Below are positions 1 to 12,756 of a stretch of DNA of 64,000 nucleotides, piece by piece. Below the pieces are notes generated by a model that saw only the letters and a program-made list of their open reading frames with translations, did no database searches and was not told the origin of the DNA. Origin of the DNA: Octopus sinensis (Eukaryota); contig NC_043000.1 of assembly GCF_006345805.1 (NCBI RefSeq), positions 149,482,001-149,546,000 on the forward strand, read 5' to 3'. Position 1 is the first letter of the stretch. Each line of letters opens with the position of its first letter. The translations under genes and the position numbers were made by a program.

Positions 1-332
1 GTCTTCTGCTATAGCCCCGGGCCGACCAATGCCTTGTGAGTGGATTTGGTAGACGGAAACTGAAAGAAACCTGTCGTATATATGTATATATATATATATG
101 TGTGTGTGTATGTGTTTGTGTGTCTGTGTTTGTCCCCCTAGCATTGCTTGACAACCGATGCTGGTGTGTTTACGTCCCCGTCACTTAGTGGTTTGGCAAA
201 AGAGACCAATAGAATAAGTACTGGGCTTACAAAGAATAAGTCCCGGGGTCGATTTGCTCGACTAAAGGCGGTGCTCCAGCATGGCCGCAGTCAAATGACT
301 GAAACAAGTAAAAGAGAAAGAGAAAAAGAGAA
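1..332 (+). mobile_element. SINE family A (tRNA-derived, CORE-like), cut by window start
   Basis: Body and tail (gacaaccgatgctggtgtg...ggcggtgctccagcatggccgcagtcaaatgactgaaacaagtaaaaga) recur about 10 times in the window; full copies start with A/B-box-like gtggctgtgtggt / ggttcagtccc. Confidence 0.85.
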
Positions 333-336
333 TATA

Positions 337-569
337 TAGGGTTGGCCAAAAGTCACCTGACAGTAAATCAAAACTATTTAATTCCAAGCTTTATTTATGT
401 TTAACAACTGAATGAATTTAATAAAAGCATCTAAATATGAAACATCATGAAAATTGTTCAAACTGAAGCCCTTTTTGAGCGACACAATTTACCATCCGAA
501 TCAATACAGAATTACAGATAGTATTTATGGAATTTTGATTTACTGTCGGCTGACTTTTGGCTAGCCATG
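337..569. mobile_element. Tc1/mariner-type MITE
   Basis: ~37-bp imperfect TIRs (tagggttggccaaaagtcacctgacagtaaatcaaaa / ttttgatttactgtcggctgacttttggctagccatg) flanked by TA at 335-336 and 570-571. Confidence 0.75.
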
Positions 570-657
570 TATAATGCACGGGTTGGGATCATTGTGTATA
601 TTTTTTATTTGCATTCCAAAGTTCATTCTCCTGTCTTCTTTGTCTTAAAATTCTCTG

Positions 658-658
658 T

Positions 659-691
<33 letters not shown>

Positions 692-723
692 CACAACACA
701 CACACACAACACACACACACAAG

Positions 724-755
<32 letters not shown>

Positions 756-780
756 AACACACACACACACAAGCACACAA

Positions 781-820
<40 letters not shown>

Positions 821-860
821 ACAAACACACGCACAAACACACACACACACACACACACAC
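658..860. repeat. (CA)n microsatellite
   Basis: Direct reading. Confidence 0.95.
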
Positions 861-1082
861 AGTACATGGGCTGGAGTAAGAGTAAATCCGTTTATTTTTC
901 GTATTCGAAAGTTCATTCTCCTCTCTTCTTTGTCTCGACTCGTATTTTTATGTTCATAAATACTGGTGAGCAAATTAATTTTTTTTCCTTTTCCTTATTG
1001 GTAGATCTAATCGATACGTTATGTCTCATCAATATATATTTAATACGGTATATGAATTTGTACTTTCATTCATTCCATTATT

Positions 1083-1282
1083 GGTTTAAAACTTTGGCCC
1101 AAGGCCAGCGTTTTCGGGGGGAAGGGTTAAGTGGATTACATCCACTCCAGTGCTCAACTTGTTCTCATTTTATCAACCCCGAAAAGATGAAAGGCAAAGT
1201 CGACCTCTGCGGAATTTGAGCTCAGACGAAATGCCGCCAAACATTTTGCCCGGCGTGCTATCAATTCTGCCAGCTCGCCGCC
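1083..1282 (-). mobile_element. SINE family B variant
   Basis: Reverse complement of ggcggcgagctggcaga...gtcgactttgcctttcatc head/core, with an alternative 3' tail. Confidence 0.75.
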
Positions 1283-1292
1283 TTTATTTCAA

Positions 1293-1847
1293 TCTTATAA
1301 ATAATTCTGCTTGTTTCTCCATTACTTAGCCCGTCCGTAACGCTTCTACGTGATTAGTTGAAGGGGGTACAAAGGATAGGGAGGGGGAGGTCAATGGGGT
1401 AGGGGTAGGGATGTGCAGGATGGGGAGGGGTTTGGTGTGGGAGGAGGGGGAGATAGGGGAAAGGGAAGTAGTGGTGAGTGAAATGTGTAATCTTTTTGGA
1501 ACTGTTTTTTGCTTCCGTTACTTAGTCCATCAGTAACGTTTTCACGTGACTAGTTGAAGGGAAAGGAGAGAAAAAGAGGGTAAGGTGAAGAGTGAGAAAG
1601 AAAGAGGGAGAGTGTTGTGTATTATGCCTATAAAATTGTGCCCAAAGTATATAAAGTGTATATATAAAGTACATTAAGTAATCATCGTATTCCAATTTCC
1701 TTCACTTTTCAATGATTAACAAATGAGCGATTATCTTTTGATACAGACACAACATAGGCTACGCTTTCCGGCTTTTTGAATAAAGTTTTCAGAAATTATC
1801 CTATGAATTTACCATTAATTGCGTGAAATATTCACGGATCCCACTAG
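1293..1847 (+). mobile_element. Non-autonomous Helitron-like element
   Basis: A|TC start (tcttataaataa); 3' hairpin cgtgaa-ata-ttcacg followed by CTAG|T at 1844-1848. Confidence 0.6.
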
Positions 1848-1904
1848 TATTAATCGTTCTACTTCATATATTCTTTTATATTCCACTATTACCTTCCTAT
1901 TTCT

Positions 1905-2358
1905 TTATCTATTTCTTTATTGCCCACAAGGAGCTAAATATAGAGGGGACAAACAAGGACAGACAAACGGATTAAGTCGATAACACCGACCCCGAAAGGA
2001 TGAAAGGCAAAGTCGATCTCGGCGGAATTTGAACTCAGAACGTAACGGCAGACGAAATACCTATTACTTTACTACCCATAAGGGGCTAAACACAGAGACG
2101 ACAAACAAGGACAGACAAACGGATTAAGTCGATTGTATCGATCCCAGTGCGTAACTGGTACTTATTTAATCGATCCCGAAAGGATGAAAGGCAAAGTCGA
2201 CTTCGGCGGAATTTGAACTCAGAAAGTAGCAGCAGATGAAATACTGCTAAGCATTTCGCCCGGTGTGCTAACGTTTCTGCCAGCTCGCTACCCTATACCT
2301 TCTTATTTCTTTATTGCGCACAAAGGGCTAAACACAGAGGGGACAAACAAGGACAGAC
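1905..2358 (-). mobile_element. SINE family B compound/tandem copy
   Basis: Repeated ggggctaaacacagaggggacaaacaaggacagac and gaaaggatgaaaggcaaagtcgac blocks; single head near 2290. Confidence 0.8.
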
Positions 2359-2938
2359 ATTACCTTCTATATTGAACTTACTGAGCAGTATCGTGTATTC
2401 AACTTTAAGCCTCTGCATGCATGTAACTTTTTCATTTAATCAGAACAAAGAAAACAGAAATTATCTGAAATTACAGACTGAAAATTCAGAAAGTGCTGGT
2501 GTCGCTTCCTGTCCATAGAGAAACTTTTGCAGTGAACGTCAATAATAAAGCTTACTATGTACATTTGTAGCTTTTACATGGATTGTGTCAAATATGTTGT
2601 AAATGCGCAGCTTTTGCATACACTACAACCGTTGTCCCTTGAAAATCTTTAGAAAACGTATGTGATCTGTATGTTAGATCACGTACCCATGCATAAATAT
2701 GCATGTATTTTGGTAGTTTTGAATACATACATGGAAAACCTTTGTGAAATTAGGTAGATCATTTATTGTAGAAAATAACATATCGAATGAGTGAATCATT
2801 GACTATTGTACGTACCACGTCCTTTACTGCTGCTACAGTGCTGGTAAAAAATATGCATGTACCTTCTTTTAATAGTAGACTGTTATATAGTGAAAGTTTC
2901 GTTAGTTATTATGTTGACAACAGTCTATCTATCTATCT

Positions 2939-3150
2939 GCTGGCAGAAACGTTAGCACGCCGGACGAAATGCTTAGCGGTATTTCGTCTGTCGTTACGTT
3001 CTGAGTTCAAATTCCGCCGAGGTCGACTTTGCCTTTCATCCTTTCGGGGTCGATAAATAAAGTACCAGTTTCGCACTGGGGGCGATATAATCGACTTAAT
3101 CCCTTCGTCTGTCCTTGTTTGTCCCCTCTATGTTTAGCCCCTTGTGGTCA
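2939..3150 (+). mobile_element. SINE family B
   Basis: gctggcagaaacgttagcacgccgg...gagttcaaattccgccgaggtcgactttgcctttcatcctttcggggtcgataaa. Confidence 0.85.
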
Positions 3151-3153
3151 GTA

Positions 3154-3946
<793 letters not shown>

Positions 3947-4271
3947 ACATTCATATACTCTCTCTTTTGCACTGTATTTCTTCCTCAACAACAACTTTTT
4001 CTCCTTCCTTTCTTCTACAAACACGCTGTGACGTATATTCTTTGTGTCTCTTTAATAAACATTGTGATGGACAGACCGACGGAGATCCGCTTCTCTTTCA
4101 TAATATTAGATTTAAAGTAGTCAAGCCTGTATAATATTTGGGGAGTGATAAATATAATTTTTAAATATTTTCTTCTTATTTTCTTATTCCCTCTTATTAT
4201 GTCATTTTTATTTATATCCTCACAATCTCGTAATTAAACATTTAAATGTTATATCAAAAATTCTATATATG

Positions 4272-4453
4272 CGTGACGTATATTTGCCATTTAAATATGG
4301 CTAACCCCTAAGGGAGGATGCTACTGTAGCTTGTAGCCCAGGAGGAAACACCCCCTCCAGCTGGAGTCAGCTGGGGGTGTCCTCCTGGGCTACAAGCTAC
4401 AGTAGTATCCACCCTTAGGGGTTAGCCATATTTAAATGGCAAATATACGTCAC
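4272..4453. repeat. ~180-bp near-perfect palindrome (foldback/MITE-like), related to 21109-21304
   Basis: Arms cgtgacgtatatttgccatttaaatatggctaacccctaaggg... and ...cccttaggggttagccatatttaaatggcaaatatacgtcacg are reverse complements. Confidence 0.85.
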
Positions 4454-4802
4454 GATGTGTTGCAGTTACTGTTTATAACTAGCTCTAAGATTTATTATTG
4501 CTTTCTATATATGCGTATATACATGTATATACGTATTTACTTGTATATATAACCTACACTGAGTGGATACTGTTACCTCGCATAGCAACGATAGACAGAA
4601 AAGATGCGCCCGAAGGCGAAAATTTGAGCTTACGGAACACAGAAAGAGTATTAAATATCACCTGATGAAACACAACAAGATCTCATATACCTACGAACCT
4701 GGAGAAATACGTTGCATGTAAATAATAATAGTGATTGCAAATAAATGCTCCTCTGTACTCCTTCTTGTTGACTCCAACTTATCCAAATATCCATTCACAC
4801 AT

Positions 4803-4902
4803 NNNNNNNNNNNNNNNNNNNNNNNNNNNNNNNNNNNNNNNNNNNNNNNNNNNNNNNNNNNNNNNNNNNNNNNNNNNNNNNNNNNNNNNNNNNNNNNNNN
4901 NN
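4803..4902. other. Assembly gap (100 N)
   Basis: Run of n. Confidence 1.
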
Positions 4903-5469
4903 CTACATAAACTGTAAAAAGGTAAAATAATTTTTTATAGTTTTGTTGAAAATAATTTAACGAAGGAAAAGAACTGTCATTATCGCTCTTAAACTTATTT
5001 TGGCCATTGTATGTCTACTAAATACCATTTTAAACTCGTGATTACCTGTGTGTACTTTTGTGAATGCGTGTGCGTTTCAGTGTGTGTGCGTGTGTTTGTG
5101 TGTGTATGTGTGTGTGTTTGTGTGTGCGTGTGTGTGTGTTTGTGTGTGAGTCTTATAACTGTCTATCTCTACTTTTGTAGGGTCTTCCCTGTTGCTGACA
5201 TGTGTTGGTTTAACGGTCGATAGTTGAACAGTGAATACTGAGTATCGTACCTAAGTTCGAGTAGTACGGAGTGCGTTCTGTGTTAACATATATTTCTGCA
5301 ATAGGTTGTTTTTAGATAACCACAACCTATATTTATTTGTGTAATACCATTTTACACCATGCGTGTATACCCAGGTCATCACAGTCCATGAAGGAAGGGA
5401 ATTAACTGAAACATATCTACAGTTGTCGTTTTGCCTACAAACTATCAGATTCACCATACCACCACGCTT

Positions 5470-5855
5470 GTGGTAGCATTCCGTCGGTTACGACGACGAG
5501 GGTTCCGGTTGATCCAATCAACGGAACAGCCTGCTCGTGAAATTAACGTGTAAGTGGCTGAGCACTCCACAGACACGTGCACCCTTAACGTAGTTCTCGG
5601 GGATATTCAGCGTGACACAGAGAGTGACAAGGCCGGCCCTTTGAAATACAGGTACAACAGAAACAGGAAGTAAGAGTGAGAGAAAGTTGTGGTGAAAGAG
5701 TACAGCAGGGATCACTACCATCCCCTGCCGGAGCCTCGTGGAGCTTTAGGTGTTTTCGCTCAATAAACACTGACAAAGCCCGGTCTGGGAATCGAAACCG
5801 CGATCCTATGACCGCGAGTCCGCTGCCCTAACCACTGGGCCATTGCGCCTCCACT
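5470..5855 (-). mobile_element. SINE family C (tRNA-Arg-like head), full length
   Basis: Head gtggaggcgcaatggcccagtggttagggcagcggactcgcgg on minus strand; 11-bp TSD ccaccacgctt (5459-5469 / 5856-5866). Confidence 0.9.
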
Positions 5856-6194
5856 CCACCACGCTTATATCCATTTAAAATTTGGTCGTGATATTTTGGG
5901 AGACCTTTCTCTTGCCCTTTCTGAGAGTAATTCTCATTAAACACTAATGATTTTTCTTCCAATTAGAGTTATGCTTCCAGTTGATTAAAAATTTGTTTTG
6001 ACTTCTCATAGTAAGTATAGTAGCCTGCACTTAACTATATGCATTTGGTGGAAAATTTTTCGATGTCAGTTTGCATAGAATATCTCGCAGAGGACAAATC
6101 AAGTAGTCAAAGAAACTGATACAGTTTGTCAATATACCCAACAATCATCGCCAACCATAAGTTCATGATCGGCTCCATGAATGTTGTGAACGTA

Positions 6195-7446
6195 CGAGAA
6201 TCTGCTGAAAAGTTCATAGGTACCAAAATACGCTCATGGAATGTGACCAAATGAAGCTTTTTTTTTTTTTTTCAACATGGTCCCTCTTGCGTCCACACAC
6301 TTCTTTCATCGGCGTGGTAGTGCTGGGATCTCATGAGTAAAGAAGCTTTCATCCTGTTGGTCAAAAAAAGTCATCAACAACAGATATGATGTCATCACCG
6401 CTGCGATACTGGTTTCCAGCCAAGTATTTTTTCATGTTGGGCAACAGATGATAGTCAGATGGGGCCAAATCATGAGACTAGGCAGGGTGATCAACTAGTT
6501 CAAAGCCAGAATTACGCACAGCACTCATTGTGCTGGAGCGTTGTCCTGATGAAACAAGACGTCTTTCGTAAGTTTTCCTGGATGTTCGGTCTTGATTGTC
6601 TTTCATAACTACCTCAGCAAGTTGGCATATAAAACTCCACTGATGGCGTGGCCCTGTTGATGATAAACAATGCCTTTTGCATCCCAAAAAACTGAGGCCG
6701 TCACCTTCCCCACAGATGAAACGACCTTGGCTTTCTTTGGAGCGGGTGAGGAGAGGTGTTTCCACTACATCGATTGTATGTCTCTGGCTCAAAGTGACGA
6801 ATCTAACATTTGTCCTGAGTTAGGAAACGTTCGAGGAAATCAGCAGACAATGTCAGATTTTCTCATGATGTGATCAGCCTGGTGGGCTTTTCATTAGGTG
6901 TCAGAAGACATGGCACCCATCGAGCAGAAACGTTCGTCAGCCAAGTTCATTGTGCAGAATGAACACTCTCACGGCATATGCTAATAGCATTTGCCATTTG
7001 ATTTATTGTCCGTCATCTCTCATCCGGCACCACGTGGTGAGCACGATCAATGTTTTCCTCGGTAGTGGCAGTTGCAGGATGTCCAAATCTTGGGTCATCT
7101 TCAAGACTCTCCCTTCCCCTCCTCAATTCAGCTGTTCACTTTTACACTGTTAAGAATGCTGGAGTGTTACCCTCTAATATAGCAACCATGTCTGCATGAA
7201 TGACCTTAGGGGCTAAACTGTTTTTCTGCAGATACTTCATACCACGATACCAAATTTTATCGATATTCAAGAGAAGTCGCTACTAGTTACATTTGAAGTC
7301 TTCTCTAAACAGTCAGACGTCAATTTAACTGGAAAGAAACAATGCAGTTATTAATAGGAATAATTGAAATTAATGCATGCAGGATTTTGCAGCTCTAGCA
7401 TCACTCCTTCATAGTCAGCCTATGAAACTTTTCATCCCATCCTTCG
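6195..7446 (-). mobile_element. Full-length decayed mariner (DD34D-type) transposon
   Basis: TIRs cgagaatctgctgaaaagttcatagg / cctatgaaacttttcatcccatccttcg; frameshifted remnants GFELVDHP..SPDL and DDFFDQQDESF. Confidence 0.8.
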
Positions 7447-7754
7447 TGGTGCACCCCTGGGTGGAAAGGTGGTAAGTGTACTTGGGATTATGCACTTGCT
7501 TCTGAAAACAGCCCAGGCACGGCAGAGGGGATTAAGTTATGGTCTGCAATATCGTCGACCAGCGACGAAACCCTTATTTTACACGCAAAAATTAGAATGA
7601 AAAAATAAAAGAGGTGGGGAAATGAAGTAGAAGACAGTACTATTTGATTAGAGTTCGTAGCAAGATCTAGGTCATATGAAGTGGGTAGGACAAAGTAGGG
7701 GTGGAAGTACTGGTGAGATTCGAAGAAAAATATATATCTGATTTTAGTTTTTAA

Positions 7755-7976
7755 CCCTTTAGCATTCAAACCGGCCATATCTGGCCAAAATATTTAACCT
7801 GTTTTATATTGAAACTGACCAGAGCTCGCCTCTCACCTCAGCCCTACCATGCTGTTCTAAAACTAAAAAAAATCACATCACTGAATTCTCTAAACTACAA
7901 GATAATGCATTATTAATTCAAACCATTTTAAATAAACAAACATCACATTTGATAGAATAATATGAACACTAAAGGA
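7755..7976. mobile_element. piggyBac-type MITE
   Basis: TTAA|ccctttagcattc ... gaacactaaagga|TTAA. Confidence 0.7.
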
Positions 7977-8589
7977 TTAAACATGTTAATATTTACCTGA
8001 GTTTTCGAAAGAGCGGAATTGCAGACTGTATCCCAAATTAGTTGTCATACTTTACAATTCCCATAAGAGAAGGATTCCGTTATACATTTTTCTGTAACGC
8101 AGCAATGTCTATAATTCAAACAATGCAAAAATATAGACCTTGAGACTAGACTTGAATTTGACTTTGCTCAGATAACTACAGATAAGTAAATATGTTTGTA
8201 AAATTTCCTATCACACTGGATTATATTTTCTATCTAATTTTTAGTCTCATATACATTTATGGAGCAAATGCGTACATAACGTGTCATTATTTAACAAACC
8301 TAGATTTGAACCTATTCATTAATTCTTTTACTTACTGTACTATGAGAGCAAGGTGACACTGGATTGCTCAATAACTATTAGCAGAACAATATCAGGCGCC
8401 TCATTTCCGACAAAGCATTGCGTTTTTTGAACAAGTGTATTTAAAATGAATAATCTAGAAATATAAGTATGGAATGTATCAAAAACACAACTTTGTTGCT
8501 CCAACCAGTAGATCAAGGGGTGATATCTAACTGCAAGGCATATTAAAGAAGAAGAACTTGAAAATCAACTCATAAAAGTAACTGAAGGA

Positions 8590-9369
8590 GTTAAATCCAC
8601 AGCAGCAGCAGCAGCAACAACAACAACAGCAACAACAGCAGTTATAGCAGCAGCTACAGCAACAGCAGCAACAAAACCAACATTTACAGAAATTAGCGTT
8701 GAAGAAGTCTGAAAATACTTCAGGTTCGTACTCGTCAGACAACGTAGCAAATTCAATTAAAGAATTCAGCTATTATCCAGAAGAAGGGATTACCTTTTCT
8801 GCATATTTTCGTAACTACGAAGAAATCTTCAAAGAAGAGTGTAAAAGTTGGTCCGATGAGAAAAAAAGTAAAACTACTTTTAAGAAAGTTACCCCCTGCC
8901 GAACACGAAAAATATTGTAATTATATTCTGCTGAAGAAACCTTGTGAGATTTGTTTCGATGAAACAATATTTTATTCAAAATTTTCTGTGAAAGAAGTTC
9001 CCTGTTCAATACTCGTTGGCAATGTTTAAATTTGACCAAAACAGATGATGGAGATTCCGTCACCTATGTCGGAGGGGTTAACAGAGAGTGTGAGAAATTC
9101 AAATTGAATGAGTTGACCCCGGACATGTTCAAGCGTTAAATTTTTGTTCAAGGGTTTACTGCAAGCAAAGATGCAGATATACGTTCCCAGATATTAACAA
9201 AATTAGAACAGGACGAAAATCTAACTCTGCAGGCAGTGCCAGAAGAATGACAGAGGATAATAAATCTGAAAAATGAAGCAGCCAAAACTGAGGAGAAAGA
9301 TTGCTCTCATGTTCAACCAGTATCGGATAAGAAAAATATGTCAAGATCGAATCCGTGTTATAGGTGCAG
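8590..9369 (+). pseudogene. Gypsy-type gag-like remnant (K02A2.6-like N-terminus) with poly-Q, cut at the zinc knuckle by a SINE
   Basis: Frameshifted FSYYPEEGITFSAYFRNYEEIF...LLRKL..EHEKYCNYIL...SLFNTRWQCLNL...VNRECEKFKL...CYRC; recognised by similarity from memory. Confidence 0.7.
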
Positions 9370-9370
9370 T

Positions 9371-9741
9371 GTGGAGGCGCAATGGCCCAGTGGTTAGGGC
9401 AGCGGACGCGCGGTCGTAGGATTCCCAGACCGGGCGTTGTGAGTGTTTATTGAGCGAAAACACCTAAAGCTCCACGAGGCTCCGGCAGGGATGGTGGTGA
9501 TCCATGCTGTACTCTTTCACCACAACTTTCTCTCACTCTTACTTCCTGTTTCTGTTGTACCTGTATTTCAAAGGGCCGGCCTTGTCACTCTCTGTGTCAC
9601 GCTGAATATCCCCGAGAACTACGTTAAGGGTACACGTGTCTGTGGAGTGCTCAGCCACTTACACGTTAATTTCACGAGCAGGCTGTTCCGTTGATTCGGA
9701 TCAACCGGAACCCTCATCGTCGTAACCGACGGAGTGCTTCC
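9371..9741 (+). mobile_element. SINE family C
   Basis: Matches 5470-5855 on the plus strand. Confidence 0.9.
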
Positions 9742-10208
9742 ATTTTGGAGTTTCGTGTGTTCGTAATTTTACTTTATTTACAGTTGGCAGATTCACAATG
9801 GAGAGAAAAGGGTCGTTCTTCACTATTTGGTGTAGTAGTAGTAGTAGTGGTAATGGTACTACCAGTAGAATAGGATGACAATGGATCTCTTGTGTTTCTG
9901 AGAAAAAGATTGATTGAGTGGAGAACTAGAGAAGAGCTTTAGAATGTTGTTTAATAGGTCATCAATTGTTCTCGTATTAAAGACTGGTTTCCACTACTGA
10001 TCTTGTAGCTATTAATTACTTATGGTAGAGGTAGCAGCAGTAGAACATGACGATGATGATGATGATGATGGATCGCTTGTAGTATCTCAAGGAAACGAGG
10101 GCGGGAATAGCTGAATTGAGAAGGGCTCATGACTTGGAGTTTAATAGTTCATCAATTGTGCTAGTATTGATCAGTGGCCGTGGTTGTTGTTGTTATGTAT
10201 GTATATAA

Positions 10209-10304
10209 TTTATAAAGCAACAATAAACGGCTACCATTATTAGTACCCAGATTTTCGAATGTCGGAGTACTAATAATGACAACCGGTTACTGTTGCTCTA
10301 TAAA
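10209..10304. repeat. Imperfect ~96-bp hairpin (MITE-like)
   Basis: tttataaagcaacaataaacggctaccattattagtac / gtactaataatgacaaccggttactgttgctctataaa. Confidence 0.6.
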
Positions 10305-10394
10305 CTATGCCATATAAAATTATCCTCTATTTCTACAAATATCGAGGTCTCATTCTTTTGTTGTTATACATATTATTAGTATTATTATATACAT

Positions 10395-11392
10395 AATACA
10401 TACATACACACATACACACACACACACATACACACACACACAACATACATACATACATACATACATACATACATACATACATACATACATACATACATAA
10501 TACATACATAATACATACATACATACATACATACATACATACATACATACATACATACATAATACATACATACATACATACATAATACATACATACATAC
10601 ATACATACATACATACATACATAATTCATACATACATAATACATACATACATAATACATACATACATATATACATACATAATACATACTTACATATATAC
10701 ATACATAATACATACATACATACATACATACATAATACATACATATATACATAATACATACATACATATATACATACATAATACATACATAATACATACA
10801 TACATACATACATACATAATACATACATACATAATTCATACATACATATATACATACATATATACATAATACATACATACATATATACATACATAATACA
10901 TACATACATACATACATACATACATACATAATACATACATAATACATACATACATACATAATACATACATACATACATACATACATACATAATACATACA
11001 TAATACATACATATATACATAATACATACATACATATATACATACATAATACATACATATATACATAATACATACATACATATATACATACATAATACAT
11101 ACATATATACATAATACATACATACATATATACATACATAATACATACATACATACATACATACATACATACATAATACATACATATAATACATACATAC
11201 ATAATACATACATACATACATACATACATAATACATACATACATAATACATACATACATATATACATACATAATACATACATACATACATACATACATAC
11301 ATACATAATACATACATACATACATACATACATACATACATACATACATACATACATACATACATACATACATACATACATACATACATACA
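10395..11392. repeat. ~1-kb (TACA)n array with variant units
   Basis: Direct reading; source of the MYVC pseudo-ORFs. Confidence 0.95.
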
Positions 11393-11950
11393 TGGTGGCT
11401 GCCCCATCGTTATGGAGTATGGCCATTGCATGAAGCTTAATCAATGTTGTTATCGTGCAATGCCTGTGCAAGAAGATTTTTTTAAAGTGAGGAAAGGCTG
11501 TGCACTGAGTCAATCCCACTCACTAAGCAACAGCAGCCACAATCCGAAAAGAAGAACAAGTCAACGTCATCGGTAACCACTGAGCCGCAGGTTTTATGCC
11601 GGAGTTATCCCAGTTACCTGAGTTACCTTCTTCTAGAAGGATGCCCTAACAAAGGCTAGGAGTCCTTCACTCCCAATGGTTTAACCGCGCGATCGGGTAT
11701 TCAGTCCGATTATTTCTATGTCCCCGCGCATGATACAGCCTTAAGACATTTATTGGATGGCCATTGACTCTCAAGAGTTCCTCCGCCCTTTGACGGGTTT
11801 TGTTTTTCATCCCGCAGGGTGTCCAATAAACACCCTCCTCACCAAGCAAGCTTGGTGGGGTTGCCGGTTTAGTCGCCGATGACCCGACCATGCAACAGGT
11901 TGTACTGGGTTACATGTTACCAGTAGCTCTCAAAAGTGACCTGACATAAC
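11393..11950 (-). mobile_element. Non-coding RTE-related retroelement embedded in (TACA)n
   Basis: ccttcttctagaaggatgccctaacaaaggctaggagtcc resembles the RTE 5'-UTR motif on the minus strand; (TACA)n on both sides. Confidence 0.45.
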
Positions 11951-11995
11951 ACACACACATACATACATACATACATACATACATACATACATACA

Positions 11996-12027
<32 letters not shown>

Positions 12028-12029
12028 AG

Positions 12030-12740
12030 AGTTAAGGAATGGAGTAGACGCCATCTCAAGAATAAGCACAACAATGCCTATCCTGGTCTTGACGGTGTTA
12101 CTTATCTGCTTCTCAAACGTGGCGGATTCTTTCTTTTCCACCAGCTTTCATTCTTCTTTCAATTCTGCCTTAATAACTGTGTCATTCCAGAACAGTAGAA
12201 AATTACCAGCGTCCAAAAAGAGTGATCACGCATCACCTCTCAACTATCGTCCAATCAGCCTTACTAGCTGCATCGCCAAAGTGATGGAGTCTTGTGTCAG
12301 AGAAACACTCTGGAACTTTTGGAACTCTCACAGCCTCACAATTTGGATTTATCCCTAACTCCAGTTGCCGTGGCTAACTCATCGAATTTCTTGAAGATAT
12401 CTCCCGAATTACTGATGGCGGCTCATGGGTGGATGATATCTATCTTGACTTTACTAAAACCTTCATTTCTATGCCACACAAACGACTCGTGGTAAAACTC
12501 TCTGCATTGAGTGTGAAAAATGATCTCTATAAATGGCTGAAGTCCTTCATTCTCGGTCGAAAAGTGGTAGTTACAGTTCCAGGACATCATTCTTCACCCA
12601 ACGAGATGACTTCTGGTGTACCACAGGGATCCGTTCTTGGACCCCTGTTCTTTGTTGCATACATTAATAACATAGATGCCAACTTGAAGAATGTTACCAT
12701 GTTGAAATATGCAAATGACATCAATCTCTACCTTAAGATA
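12030..12740 (+). pseudogene. Decayed CR1-clade LINE reverse transcriptase fragment
   Basis: NYRPISLTSCIAKVME, IYLDFTK, SGVPQGSVLGPLFF, YAND; several frameshifts. Confidence 0.8.
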
Positions 12741-12756
12741 AAAAAAAAAAAAATAA

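Noticed and set aside
148-339. Recurrent short ORFs (MTTDAGVF..., MVVIPAVLFHH..., MSSNARGTN...)
   Set aside because: Incidental frames in SINE A and SINE C copies.
567-973. His/Thr- and Cys/Val-rich ORFs
   Set aside because: Translations of (CA)n; the same applies at 3115-3629, 14383-14721 and 26136-26366.
4735-4917. ORF spanning X residues
   Set aside because: Artefact of the N gap.
5790-5855. tRNA-like sequences at SINE heads
   Set aside because: They run into SINE bodies with TSDs and lack a complete cloverleaf, so they are not tRNA genes.
8722-8740. ctgacgagtacgaac on the minus strand as a hammerhead core
   Set aside because: GAAC rather than GAAA, no stems, and it lies inside gag coding sequence.
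10333-11519. 350-aa MYVC-repeat ORFs
   Set aside because: Stop-free frames of the (TACA)n array.
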